Assembly: GCF_002571385.2 (NCBI RefSeq)
Contig: NW_019218015.1
Span: 98,078-162,077, forward strand
Direction of reading: 5' to 3'
Source: Stylophora pistillata
Lineage: Eukaryota
DNA: 64,000 nt
The notes beneath the pieces are model-generated. The model did not search any database. It saw only the letters and a program-made list of their open reading frames with translations, and was not told where the DNA came from. Every line of letters starts with the position of its first letter. Positions within the stretch are counted from its first letter, which is position 1. The translations under genes were made by a program, and so were the position numbers. Below are positions 1-12,345 of this stretch, piece by piece.

Positions 1-268
1 ACTTTTCTCCCCTTTACCACACCAATCACGGTTTAAATAGACTTAAAGTTAGAACTTCTACGGCACAACCAAGCCTGAACTGTACAATATCTTGTTTTGA
101 TTTTGTAAAGAAGAGGGGAAAAAACTCTGCAATCTGGAGCCTTGGATTTTCCGAGCTTTCGTTCTCCAACAAGGGGATAAACAGAACTCCGCTATAAGGA
201 AAAATGTTATTCTGATAACGTGCGCAAAACCCTTAATATTATGGTTTGTCGAACGGACATAGACTCAC

Positions 269-3200
269 CATAAGTGACTGTGTACTTTGTACAAACTGAT
301 TCTGTCGTCTATGTTGGCCACACTTATTGAGAAGACCATAGCAAAGAGATATGCTGAAAAAAGAGCAAAATTGTTCAAAATTTCGAGATTTAGGATTAGA
401 CGTGATTAAGAATGTTTCCGTTAGCGCAGAAATGCTTAAAACGATAAAAAGAAATTGATCTTAGCAAGATTAACCAGCTGAATCGTTCTCTCAAAATTTC
501 CTACGGTACGAACAAGGAGAGTTTGTCTAACAATCAAGAGGTTGTTCGGTTTCTGATCACTCCATTTATTCATGTGACCTTCAGTTTGATTCAAGGGTTA
601 TCTTGCAAGGAGAAATAAGATGATAATCACTCTTAGGGGTTAATGTGCCAGAGGTATCAAGAGGTTTCCACTATGTCCAGCCTACTGTCAGATAAAGTAC
701 CGCTTCTATGGCTGGAAAACACCCTTAACCTAGACAACAACCCTTTCTGCAGGCACCCGTCAACACTGGTAGGGGTAGAGGAAGAAAAGCAGTGGCCGGT
801 GGGGTGGAGCCCTAACAGTAACGAACCGGCTGCCCGAGAAGGAAAAAAAACAGAGGATCCAGCCATAATGAAGATATCACATCTCCCTTGAACCTGCATG
901 TATTGTGAGCTGACCAGAACTGCCTGCTTAGCTAGTGGCGGTTAATTTTGAAAAACTTTTACTTTCTACGCACCACTTATTGAAAGAAATCGAGATGGTC
1001 TCGACAGCAAGTCTCGGAAAAATCCAGACCGTGGATTTGCCATATCGTATCTGTAAGCAAAACAAAGGTAAAAAGTTATACATGAACAAGTTGCACCTTC
1101 ACATTCATACCGCAACCCCCCCTACCCCCCCCCGCGTCCGAAGACCAGGGATCTCGAGGGAAGACGAGGGAAATCAAATCCCACCACTAGGCAATTGTAT
1201 CTCCCTAAGTGACCGACAGATTCCTTCCTTTCCCCCCTCCCCTAGAAGGGGGGGGGGTGAGAAGGGAGGAATCTGATGTCCATTCATCAAAGTATACGCA
1301 TCTTGAAGAAGAATGGAGAATTTAGCCCCCGTACATTGAACTCATTATCTAAACGCTATCATATGATAAACTGAATTGAACACGCATTTTGATTTGTTCT
1401 TTCGCATAGAAGTAACGCATATTACGTCTGTTCCGCAATATATCACAGAAGACATTAAAATGTGACCACGTGAGAACAACAAGACATACGGCAACCTGCA
1501 ATCTATTTGTTGTCCATAACGCACGCCAGATGGATATAAAAATTAGAAATCATGCAAACCTGTCGAAGACAGACACTGTACAGATTGCAAACAGCATGTA
1601 GTACAGTGACTGTAAAGGTTGTGCCAGCTTGTAGTAGTTTTCCAGGAAGACCACGTCACCTTGGCTGTTATTACTAAGCGAGTAAACAAAGATGACCTGG
1701 CAAAGAGCCAGCCCTTAAACAGAGAGAAACAGAAAACTGGTTAAACCATTTGGAGCACTTTTTGACGGAAAGATGTAACGTCAAAACCGAGGTAATTTAA
1801 TTTAATTTCATTTCATTTAATAACTTCTAGAGTGCTATTTTCATTCAATGATCAACAGCGCTTAACAACTTAGAATACTACAGTAAATTCAAATTTATAA
1901 AACTAATTACATGTACATTAATATTAACAGTGTATGTTAAAAATAAGAATAATATGGAATATCCATAATAAGGATCTTAATTAGGAATAAGGTAATCACT
2001 TCAGTCAGTCAAAGCACAGGGTAATAGCGCACGGAGCTGGTTAGAATTCAAGGTTAAAACAGACAAACTACCTGAAGGGTTGGAAAATGCAAGGAACCAA
2101 GTGACCAGCACTAGTCTAACCAACCCTTTACACTATTCTCTATACATTTCCTAAGGTGCTGACGCGGAGAGTTTGGTTAACCTTACATTTCCAGGGCTCA
2201 ACACTAACTTTTCAACTTACTAGCCAAGTGGCTGGTGACATCTTGGATGCTACGACAATTTCAGTTTGTTTATTAGCCAAACTGGCTAGTGGAAATCGAA
2301 AACCACCAGCCAAAACTGAATTTCTACTAGGCTGTGGCTAGTTGGCTACCGGCGTTAGTGTTGAGCCCTGATTTCTTTGTTTGGTGGTCATTTCCTTTCT
2401 TCTTGTGACCTTGTCAAATAACTTGTGTTAGTATATTAATTAAAAGTCATTTCAGTTTGTGCAACCTGCAAGAAGTCCATGGCAGAAAACAGAAAAAGAT
2501 CTAAAGGCTCGATGCACTGACTGAAAAAGATAAAGGAAAAGAAAGATATCACTGAATTAGTCATCTCAACAACCAAAACTTCTGAAAAATTTTCTCAAAC
2601 ATTCAGGGTTGTCATTAGAAAATACAATAAATGTATGATCTAAATTGCTAAGGAAGCTGAATTTAATTATCCTTGTGTACCAAGCATGGAGTATTGCTTT
2701 GAAAAGTGCCCTTCTAGATGGGTCCCCTACGATGCTTCCCCAGAAATGAAATTTGAAACTCTCTGAGACACAGTTTCTAATAATCTAGAACATAATTGAA
2801 TAAATTTTTGAAAGCCAAACTTTAATATTCGAATCAAATCAAAAATACTTATATTCTGTCTTTGATCGCAATTCACAAAGTAGCCTGCACAAAGTGGTCT
2901 GACAGCCAGTGGGTTTACGCCATCTACCGGCTTCGTATGACAACCCTGAAGATCATAATGCAACAGGACTCCTCTCCGTCCAAAGATAACTAATATTTAA
3001 ATCTTAAAACCCTCACTCATCTAGTGATGTAAATAATTCCTAACTATTTCAGGGTTACATTCAAATCTTGAGTCTTAAATTTGTAATAACAGGTATTCTT
3101 GATGGTAAGATACATTACATTGGCTTTCACCAAAACAAAGACTTTGGTTTGTTAACAAAATCAAACAGAAAGTCCACTCTAACCCTTGGCTATTTAACCC

Positions 3201-6200
3201 TTTAACTCCCAAGATCTGATTGTCAATCCTCCTTGTAAGTTAGTCATGACACTTTGTTGTTAGTTTAAGATAAAAACTTCTACCTGATACATTTGAGTCT
3301 TCTCATTACTTGTTTGCTGGATCATGTATGGATATTATAGGGAGAACTTAAATGTCGATCATTTCTGGAGGTCAAAGGGTTAATTGATGAGCTTCCTAGT
3401 AGTTTTTATTTAATTAAGGTGTCTTTTTTTTTTTTTGCCATACACTGGTAATTTTATTGGACAAAATTACTCTGCATATGACAATTACCACCTGCAAAAT
3501 GTTAAACTCATGCTTCAATGCACCTGGAACTGTAAAGAAGAAAAATTTGGCTGGATTAGGGTTTCTAAGGGTTTCTAAGGGTTTCTATCTTGACCAATAT
3601 TATGGGAAGGTTGTAGACTTCTATGAACTTAATAAGCAACTAAGCATACCACAGCAAACTCAACCGTTGTCATCTGCATGGAGGAGGGAACCTTTTCTGG
3701 TTCTTTATTTCTCTCTTCTTCTAATTGCATAAGTCTAGTTTTTCTCTCCCGTGTAAATCCCTGGCCATCTGGAATGAAACATTAACAGACTTATGTTGTC
3801 TATTTCTTAAAGTACAAAACAATCTGTCAACAGCATTCAAATCCATTGAAGTGGTTTATGAGTCCCAATAAAGGTCTATTTGAAGAGTCCACCTCCCCTT
3901 ATTGGAGGTGTCCACAGAATACACACTTCTTCTGCAGTAATTAATTAAAAGGGAACCAAAATCAGAATTTTAGCTGGTGTTTGCTTCAAACAGTGCATCT
4001 GCTTTGTTTGAGATTTGCTTTAGACAAATTTCATGGAATTTCTAAGCTGTAAGTTGATTAAAGAGATCTTAGATGGTTACAAATGGTGTATTTTGAAAAG
4101 AGATAGTGCAAGGGTGCAAAAATGGTTAGGTCAAATACACATTCATTTTGAGTCTTCAGGTTGTGAGAAATTAAACATGGCTTCCAAAGGCGCTGGCCAG
4201 ACCTCTAATTCAGTGATATCCTGCAAGAGATCTTTTAATAAACCAAATAATGATAAAAATAAAGGCTAAACGACTGTATTTTGAAAACAAGAATGTATCT
4301 TGATCATCCTAGCATTATTTCCTAAATTTTTAATTTTTTTGTTAATTTTTCTTTCAGTGTATCAACTTACCTCTCCTTTCAATAAAGACAACATCTAGTG
4401 GCTGACTTGGCAAGGTCTGGGCCACAGGGGGGAGGACAGGGGGTGATGTTTCTGTGGTGTTGCTAACCACAATGTCTTCTTTGTCCACCTTATAATAGTC
4501 AACTGTTGAAGCTGAAATGAACAATGAGAACACAAAAATAAACAAAAATTGGATACAAATAAACAGACAACAACTTTTTCAAAGCCTGTACGACAACATT
4601 TTACCAGGATAGGTGTTTATAAACGTAAATGATTCCAACTCCAAAACAATTTTAGACCACTATATCCTTTTAAAACATCATGTCATGTGTCTTCAAATCT
4701 AGGCTGAAATTTTCAAAGGTAGGAAACAGCCAAATTGTCAGTAACTGGTTCTGGCTACCTGTAGATAGAATTTCTGAGAGCTGGGGTTTTTTGAAGTGAT
4801 CAGAAACAGATCTTTTCACTTCTTATTGTGTTAAATCATACAACCTACTTTGAAAAAATTTCAATTTTTGGAAAACAGCTTGCAACTGCACACTTTCTGA
4901 TTCTTTGTAATGTTTGCTCCTTCAAAGAATTATATATTGTTGTAGGTATAGCAGCATGAAAGGGTGACCTGATCTTAAGTTTGGACCTCACACCAATTTG
5001 GCTTTAAAATGTTAACATCTAAGGAAACGTTATTACATATTACATCGTTACATTTATATAGCGCAGACTTCTATGTGGATATATTCAGTCGCACTTAACA
5101 ATATAGTAAGGTTGAGATTGGACGTCAGCATTTTTATCGGTGCCTCTGGCAGTCGCTTCAGTCCATGTAGCAATCTCACCTTCCCACCCATCCACCCCGG
5201 GGAGGACATCCACTACACAGTAATCTCATGCATGGGAAATTTACGTCTCCTACCCCTAACCCTGCAGGAGACGGGACCTACAGCTTTACGTCTTATCCGA
5301 GAAGACAGAGCAATGTGAGTGAAGCGTCTTGCTTAAGGACACAACGTCATGCCCCAGCCAGGACTTGAACCCGGGCCAACTGACCCAGAGTCCAGCGCAC
5401 TGACCACTGGACCTCTCACACCTCACAAAGGCCATTTTGATGATGAACGTATAATAAAGATGATGAACGTATAATAAAGAGTGTTGCACACAGCTCATGT
5501 TGACACACCCCACTTGTGGTTGCTTATTCCATGATAAATGTTTTGTATTCGTTTGAGGGGGTAGGGAATTCAGGTGCATAGCGTGGTCATTTTTTCAAGT
5601 ACGCACAAGTATATATGATCTAGAAACCTAAGTAAACTGAGCAAAAAATACTGCGTTCTTTATTTTATTGTACGAAATAGTTGTGTGAATACAAGCAAAG
5701 AACAAAGCATCTCGCACTTATTTTAAGCAAACTTGGAGCACACACAACATTGTTTTCAAAATTTTCTGGTCACTTCAAGTACAACTACTGGACTACTCAC
5801 ATATTTACAAAAAAAAAATCAATCCTATAGTTACTGTTTACTTAGTAGTGGCTATATACTAAATCAATCATGCTGTTAATGGCTACATATACCTTCTTCA
5901 TCATTATCAGCATTATAGTTGTCTTCTTCTGCTGATGTTCCAGTCTGCTGTCTGAGAATCAATGAAACGACAAATGCTGTAATGAATCTCCATTTCAGAA
6001 AAAATATACTGTATTTATCCGCAAATGGACTGCAGCTTTTCTTTTCACAAAAATGGGATCAAAGTTAGGGGTGAAGCTTATATGCAGGAATGAGCCATTT
6101 GACATCTCATTATACACATTAGCTCAAAATTTTACAACTTTTTCCCTATTTTGAACTTCTTCCCTATTAACAAACATCAGTTTTGCATTGAGTCAGTAAA

Positions 6201-8856
6201 CCTACAGAAAATACAGAACAAAATAATTTGTTGACTCATTCAAAGAATCTTGTTCCTCTGCAGAAATGAGCACATCAAGTTCTTTTTTTAAAGTTTCTTG
6301 TTTTGGGAAGTCCAGTACATAGCCATTCCTACTCATGGCACAAAGGGTGCTTTCTATTCCCACTCACTTTGCTGGAAATTTCACCACCACCCTCAATACA
6401 ATACCTAGGCCACAATTTTGAAAAATGTCATTGATAAGTAACATTTTCACACCAGTAGAGGGCCAGCCAAATAAAAGGAAAGATCAGTATGTACCTTTGA
6501 GATTTCTTTGTTTTATTTTTCTTTGATCTTGTCCTCTTCGAGTCTCCAGGGCCATCATATCCATCATAGTCATGAGCATATTCTTCGCCATTGATGACAT
6601 CTCGGGAACCTGAAAAAAAACCCACAAGTTATTACACAAACTTTAAGTACACTTTTTGTATACAAAATGAAAACATTGTTTTAAAACCAGTTTTTGGATT
6701 TTCCATACTCAAGGTTTGGAGTCAAATAACCAAACTGAGGTTGTTAAAGCTTTGCATCAAAATTGAAATTACATGATCATGGTAAAAAAAATAATAATTT
6801 GGCCTAGCCGAGGTACTTGTAATTTATCAAAAAATTTGGATACCTTGTTTATGCTCTGAAAATAACTCCAGACTTCTTCCCAATTTTAAGATGTTTTAGA
6901 CTTTATTTTTCACACTTTTCCAGGTTTTGACCACACAATAGACTACGTTTTTAAGTACCCATTCTCCTGAAAGATGTTCCTTTCTTCCTGTGAAGTCAAG
7001 GCAGGAAATTTGGGCTGTCCAAACATCTGGGAAAGGTAACTTTACCATTCAGATAGGAAAGAATATGACCTTGCTTGTCTGTTTAGTTATAGTACAAAAA
7101 AGGGAATACATCTTTTTTTTTTACCTGATTTTGGACATAAAATCAATCATATTTCCATAACTGATAACTTTGCTGCCCGCAAAATAAAAAACTGCCCACA
7201 AAAATAAAAAATAAGTATTATTTTGTGTTAGTGTGAACCTTACGTTTGTTTCATTTTGTTATACAAAGTGCAGCTATTAATTTCCAGGCAAGTCTAGCTT
7301 CTTACCCTGTAGTGGTCATTATCAGATTTTTTTCAGACAAGTTAAATAGAAAAAGTTCCTTGCCGTGAAGTTGCAGCGATTCTCCATGAGCTTGGTATGG
7401 CTAGCCAAACGTATTAGTTTCAGAGTAGAAGTCAGAGTACCATAAATTTTGCTTAAAAACTTAAAAAAACAACAACAACAAAAAATAAATTTACCATGTG
7501 TTCTTTTCCTTCTTGGCCTTCTCCTTGCAGGACTTAAGTTTTCAGTATCTCCCATCATATCCTCCTCTTCTCTGTTGATGACCTCAGCACTGGCTGACCT
7601 GGCATGACGAGTTACACCTGATGCAGGGCGTTTATATCTTTTCTTTTCTGGTATATCTAGTGTGTTAGACTCCATTCCATCATACACTTCTCCTAAATAA
7701 AAGTAAATTAATTGAAGAATTATTCATCCAAGACAAAGTGACACTATTGTTGCATAATACTCGAGACAAGAAACTGAATTGGTAGAATTGCTCAGGCGCT
7801 TTTGAATTTTCTTGTAAATTCGTTTTGATGTTGAAACCAATCTCTTACCATTGTACTGATTACTTTTATCAAGAAAAGTGGCTAATTTCCACTGGAAATT
7901 TCAAAACAGCTTCATTTTAATCAATCCGCAAAAACTTCAGATCTTTCTTTGAAAAGTGTTGAGCCAAACTCAGTACTATTTTTTTGGATTTTTGCCAATT
8001 AATTTTCTTTTATTGCATTTCTATGTCCTCAATAATGTAAGACACACATTTCATTTTCTCCCACCTCACTTTCTTAAATAGAAGGGATATAAAAAAAACT
8101 AGTTTCCATTAAATCTTTTTAGGCTCCAACTACAGCAGAATCAGTACAGGAGAATAGTTCTCATAATTTCAAGGAAATACAGTATCAAAATTGTCTGAAG
8201 GACGGGCAAATGGTTTCATGCCCCAAACTTTCTATCGGATATAAAACTTAGGATGCAATTAAAAGAAACAAACAAACAAATCAATCAGGTTTGACCTATG
8301 GGTGAAAGGTAAACTCAGCTGAGGCTTCAACTGGTCTTGAACTTATTTCTCCCACAAAAGAGCTGAGTGCTGCAATCAACTGATTGACAGAGGCAAATAA
8401 TACGGGGGTCAGGAAAGTCTTCGTGGGTTTACTATCTGAAACTAGTCTATAACCTCTGATCTTGCTGCTACATGACGTATGGCAAGCTTGGAGCTTGCTT
8501 AGCTTCTTTCAACCTTCCCATCACTAAGAGAAATTCCAAAATCAAGACTTCAATTTGTTACCATTTTCCATTCTGGATCTTCTTCTCTGTCTTCTCGCTC
8601 TGTTTTTTCTTTCCGAAGTTGGTTGGGGAATCCCGGAGCTTCCCTCTTGATCACCAGAATTATTTGACGCGCTGTGAGGCACTCCACCTTTGTCTCCGTC
8701 TACGACCTCTTGAAGAGGAATTCTCTCCGGTAAGGAGCTCGGTGATTCTAAGCTTTCATTTGTGTAATCGTCAATCTCTCTTGACATTCGCTTTTTGCGA
8801 CGTCTTTGTCGCGAATTGGTGTCTTTATTTGCTGCATCCATTACAACTTCATCCAT
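269..8856 (-). CDS. TMEM237: Transmembrane protein 237 (ciliary transition zone), spliced, 3'-partial. Exons: 8562-8856, 7495-7692, 6495-6609, 5893-5951, 4371-4511, 3650-3768, 2466-2520, 1560-1713, 974-1050, 269-353
   Basis: All exons have GT-AG boundaries with consistent phases. The spliced product has a charged low-complexity N-terminus, then LPSQPLDVVFIER, SVHRAFRSFSVFCHGLLAGLALCQVIFVY, YYKLAQPLQSLYYMLFAICTVSVFDR and YLFAMVFSISVANIDDRISLY, which match TMEM237 motifs I recall (VHRAFRxxxxFxHGxLAG; PxQSLxYxLxAxxTxSxFDR). No stop codon is reached in the window. Confidence 0.88.
2192..2370. mobile_element. hAT-like MITE (second, inverted copy at ~17631-17807)
   Basis: TIRs cagggctcaacactaac / gttagtgttgagccctg. 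Confidence 0.7.
3194..3383. mobile_element. TTAA-flanked piggyBac-like MITE (related copies ~13563-13760 and 41270-41481, plus decayed ones)
   Basis: ttaa-ccct...aggg-ttaa ends and a shared internal sequence between copies. Confidence 0.6.
5300..5420 (-). mobile_element. tRNA-derived SINE head
   Basis: Minus strand: A-box-like ccagtggtcagtgcgctgg and B-box-like ggttcaagtcc, then the gtgtccttaagcaagacgcttcactc core. Confidence 0.65.
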
Positions 8857-9242
8857 GTTGTAAAGCACTGTTTGTGTGTTTTGAGCTTAAATTGTCTTTG
8901 ACAGCACAGACTTTTAAAAACGAACTTCACCGTTCGTTTATGGGAAAATACATCACCATTAATGACTCACAAGTTTCAAATGTCTAGAATGCGCGTCAAG
9001 CTCATCATTTTGTCAAACAGCTGAATGAAATATCATGGAGACCTGGGTTGGAGTCATCCAAGAGCATACTCAAACGGGCAAAAAAATCCTCTGACAAGTT
9101 GTAAGTGAAGGTTCAGCGCATGTGTTTACTTCTAAAACCGCTTCGAGGAGCACTAATTGCCACGTGGAGGAATGTTAAAAATTTCATTTGTGTAGAATAT
9201 TTAGAGGCTTCCTTTGCAGCCCACAAACATCTCCGAGCAACT
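8857..9242. promoter_or_regulatory. Probable bidirectional promoter region shared by TMEM237 and TOP3B
   Basis: The divergent start codons (8856 and 9243) are separated by only 386 bp. Confidence 0.6.
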
Positions 9243-11810
9243 ATGAAGACTGTACTTATGGTAGCAGAGAAGCCTTCCCTGGCTCAGTCAATCGCCAAAT
9301 TTCTCTCCAAGGGACAGATGAAAACGCGAAAGGGACTCAATGGAGCTTGTTCAGTACACGAGTACGAAGGACAGTTCAACAAAGAGCCGGTTAAATTTAA
9401 AATGACCTCTGTGTGTGGGCACGTAATGACCTTGGATTTCCATCACAAGTTCAATAATTGGGATACTGTCAATCCTCAGGAGCTGTTTACGGCTACAACA
9501 CTGAAGAAAGAGGCCAACGAAAAACTGCAAATGCCCAGATTCTTGCAGCAAGAGGGAAAAGGCGTCGATTACATTGTCCTGTGGTTGGATTGTGACAAGG
9601 AGGGGGAGAACATCTGTTTTGAGGTGCTGGATTGCGTAAGGCCTGTTATGAGTAGGAGATCAGGCAATAAGAATGTATTCCGTGCGAAGTTTTCTGCCAT
9701 AACAGAGACTGACATTTGCAGTGCCATGCATCGTTTGAGCGAGCCTAACATGAATGAGGCTAGGTCAGTTGATGCCAGGCAGGAGCTGGACCTAAGGATT
9801 GGTTGTGCATTTACACGATTTCAGACAAAGTATTTCCAGGGGAAATATGGTGACTTGGACAGTGGACTGATTTCTTATGGCCCCTGTCAGACACCTACTC
9901 TGGGATTTTGTGTGGAGCGTCATGACCAGATACAGTCATTCAAACCTGAACCTTACTGGGTACTTAAAACCCATGTACTCCACCCAAGTGGACAGACTCT
10001 GCAGCTTGACTGGGATAGAGTTAGACTGTTTGACAAAGAGGTGGCCGTCATGTTTCAAAAAGCTGTCAAGTCATCAAGGTCAGCAACTGTGGTTGGTGTT
10101 TCCAAAAAGGAAAAATCCAAACAAAGACCCATTGCATTAAACACTATTGAAATGTTACGTATGGCTTCTTCAGGGCTTAACATGGGTCCCCAGCACTGCA
10201 TGCAGATAGCAGAGAGACTTTACACACAGGGCTACATCAGCTATCCTCGTACAGAAACAACTCACTATCCAGAAAATTTTGATCTGAGGGGAACTCTGCG
10301 ACAGCAGCAGACAAACTCCAGCTGGGGTTCATCTGTACGAGAACTTCTAGAGCAGGGTATTAACAAGCCAAGAAAGGGACATGATGCTGGTGACCATCCA
10401 CCCATAACACCAATGAAGCCTGCAAGTGAAGCTGAGCTGGGGGGTGATGCATGGAGATTGTACGAGTTGATCACAAGATCTTTTATAGCCAGTGTCAGCT
10501 ATGACTGTAAATATTTACAAACAACAGTAAAGTTTTCAATTGAGCAGGAGGCCTTTTCATTCACTGGTAAGGCTGTGACCAACCCAGGCTTCACGTCTGT
10601 GATGGACTGGCAGGCGATTTCCAGTGATGAAAGGATGCCTCATTGTCAGCAGAATGAGTCGTATGAAATTGCTGAAGTGAAACTTGAAGAAAGACAAACT
10701 TCACCCCCTGATTACCTGACAGAGAGTGAGCTCATTTCACTGATGGAGAAGCATGGCATTGGAACAGATGCTAGTATTTCTGTTCACATAAATAACATCT
10801 GTGAACGAAACTATGTCCAGGTACTCAGTGGCCGAAAGCTTCAACCAACTCCTCTTGGAATCGTGTTGGTACATGGCTACCAAAAAATTGACCCTCAGCT
10901 TGTTCAACCAACCATGCGATCAGCTGTGGAGCAGCAACTAAACCTAATTGCTGTTGGGAAGGCAGAATTTGATTCTGTTTTGCAACATGCCATTGGAATC
11001 TTTACAAGCAAATTTGTTTACTTTGTGCAAACCATCACAAGCATGGATGAGCTTTTTGAAGTGTCCTTTACTCCTCTCAAAGACACTGGTAAGGCTTTAT
11101 CAAGGTGTGGCAAATGTAATAGGTATATGAAGTACATCAGTGCTAAACCAACGCGCCTGCATTGTGCCAACTGTGACGAGACATACAGTCTTCCACAGAA
11201 TGGAAGTATCAAACTCTATAAGGAACTGAAGTGCCCCTTGGATGACTTTGAGTTGGTGTTGTGGTCTACTGGAGGAAGGGGTAAGAGTACCCTAGTTTGC
11301 CCCTACTGCTACAACCATCCTCCCTTTTCGGAAATGCGGAAGGGTATGGGCTGTAATCAGTGTACACATCCCACATGTGCCCACTCTGAGGTGAGTCTTG
11401 GCATAGCTGATTGCACTGAGTGCGATGATGGAAGCCTTGTGCTTGATCCAACCTCGGCTCCCAAGTGGAAACTTGCTTGTAACAGATGTAATCTTGTGGT
11501 ACATGTATTTGAAGATGCATTCCGAGTGAGTGCCACCGATCAAGAATGTGAATGTGGAACAACTCTTCTGAACATTAATTTCAACCGTACCAAGTCACCA
11601 TTACCAGAGAATACGACCCAACATGTAGGATGTCTCTTCTGTGATCCACTGCTTTCACCTTTGGTCAAAATGTCCCATGCAGCATCAAAGCATCCCATGT
11701 ACAGAGGAGGGCGAGGCAGAGGAGGAAGGCGTGGCAGGGGTGGGAGGAGAGGGAAGGGCAGAGGTCGACCCAAGGATAAAATGTCACAGCTTGCTTCCTA
11801 CTTCGTGTGA
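9243..11810 (+). CDS. TOP3B: DNA topoisomerase III beta, single-exon CDS (855 aa from ATG 9243)
   Basis: Starts MKTVLMVAEKPSLA (TOPRIM); contains WLDCDKEGENI, catalytic GYISYPRTET, C-terminal CxxC zinc ribbons and the RGG tail RGGRGRGGRRGRGG...DKMSQLASYFV typical of TOP3B. The track's GTG start at 9105 is an unlikely extension. Confidence 0.97.
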   Translation: MKTVLMVAEKPSLAQSIAKFLSKGQMKTRKGLNGACSVHEYEGQFNKEPVKFKMTSVCGHVMTLDFHHKFNNWDTVNPQELFTATTLKKEANEKLQMPRFLQQEGKGVDYIVLWLDCDKEGENICFEVLDCVRPVMSRRSGNKNVFRAKFSAITETDICSAMHRLSEPNMNEARSVDARQELDLRIGCAFTRFQTKYFQGKYGDLDSGLISYGPCQTPTLGFCVERHDQIQSFKPEPYWVLKTHVLHPSGQTLQLDWDRVRLFDKEVAVMFQKAVKSSRSATVVGVSKKEKSKQRPIALNTIEMLRMASSGLNMGPQHCMQIAERLYTQGYISYPRTETTHYPENFDLRGTLRQQQTNSSWGSSVRELLEQGINKPRKGHDAGDHPPITPMKPASEAELGGDAWRLYELITRSFIASVSYDCKYLQTTVKFSIEQEAFSFTGKAVTNPGFTSVMDWQAISSDERMPHCQQNESYEIAEVKLEERQTSPPDYLTESELISLMEKHGIGTDASISVHINNICERNYVQVLSGRKLQPTPLGIVLVHGYQKIDPQLVQPTMRSAVEQQLNLIAVGKAEFDSVLQHAIGIFTSKFVYFVQTITSMDELFEVSFTPLKDTGKALSRCGKCNRYMKYISAKPTRLHCANCDETYSLPQNGSIKLYKELKCPLDDFELVLWSTGGRGKSTLVCPYCYNHPPFSEMRKGMGCNQCTHPTCAHSEVSLGIADCTECDDGSLVLDPTSAPKWKLACNRCNLVVHVFEDAFRVSATDQECECGTTLLNINFNRTKSPLPENTTQHVGCLFCDPLLSPLVKMSHAASKHPMYRGGRGRGGRRGRGGRRGKGRGRPKDKMSQLASYFV

Positions 11811-11944
11811 CATCTCAATAAGTGTAATAAGTATTTTGTTGGTGAATGTCCAACCATATTTAATTTCAGGACAGAAATTTAAGTTATAGTCTTGTAAGCA
11901 TTTGTTTAATTGGTAAAACTTTTAATTTTCATTCTGATTAATTA

Positions 11945-12345
11945 ATATTAAAAGAAATATACAACTTTTTTTAGAGACATGTTTCGGCATGCTTATGCCA
12001 TTTTCAATCAATGAGTAACTAAACGTGAGTAATTACATAACAGACAAGTAGATGAATAAAATATTTACAGTATGATGTAATACAAAAGCGGGTACTAATT
12101 ACAGCGTGACAACAAACATGAAATTAAAGGTGTGAACTAAAATGCTAAAAAAGTGTTATAATGCTGTAATTTTTTGTTAAGTTCAGGTTTAATCTTATTT
12201 ATATAAAAAGCTTCTTTGAGTTTTAAATCTATTGAGTTGTTGGCAGAATCCAGAATACTAAAGCAATGTCTCTAAAAAAAGTTGTATATTTCTTACAATA
12301 TTTATCCTACTTGCTACTACTACGACCTTATGGAAATTAATATTA
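11945..12345 (-). mobile_element. Penelope-like retroelement remnant downstream of TOP3B
   Basis: The minus strand reads CFSILDSANNSIDLKLKEAFYINKIKPELNK, like the C-terminus of a Penelope GIY-YIG ORF. Inverted repeat aagaaatatacaac...agagaca / tgtctct...gttgtatatttctt; aattaatattaa on both flanks. Confidence 0.65.

Noticed and set aside
8472-8987. 171-aa plus-strand ORF and other short ORFs overlapping TMEM237 or TOP3B
   Set aside because: Antisense or shifted-frame shadows of real coding exons.
9105-9242. 46-aa N-terminal extension of TOP3B
   Set aside because: It needs a GTG or upstream start; the recognisable TOP3B N-terminus begins at ATG 9243.
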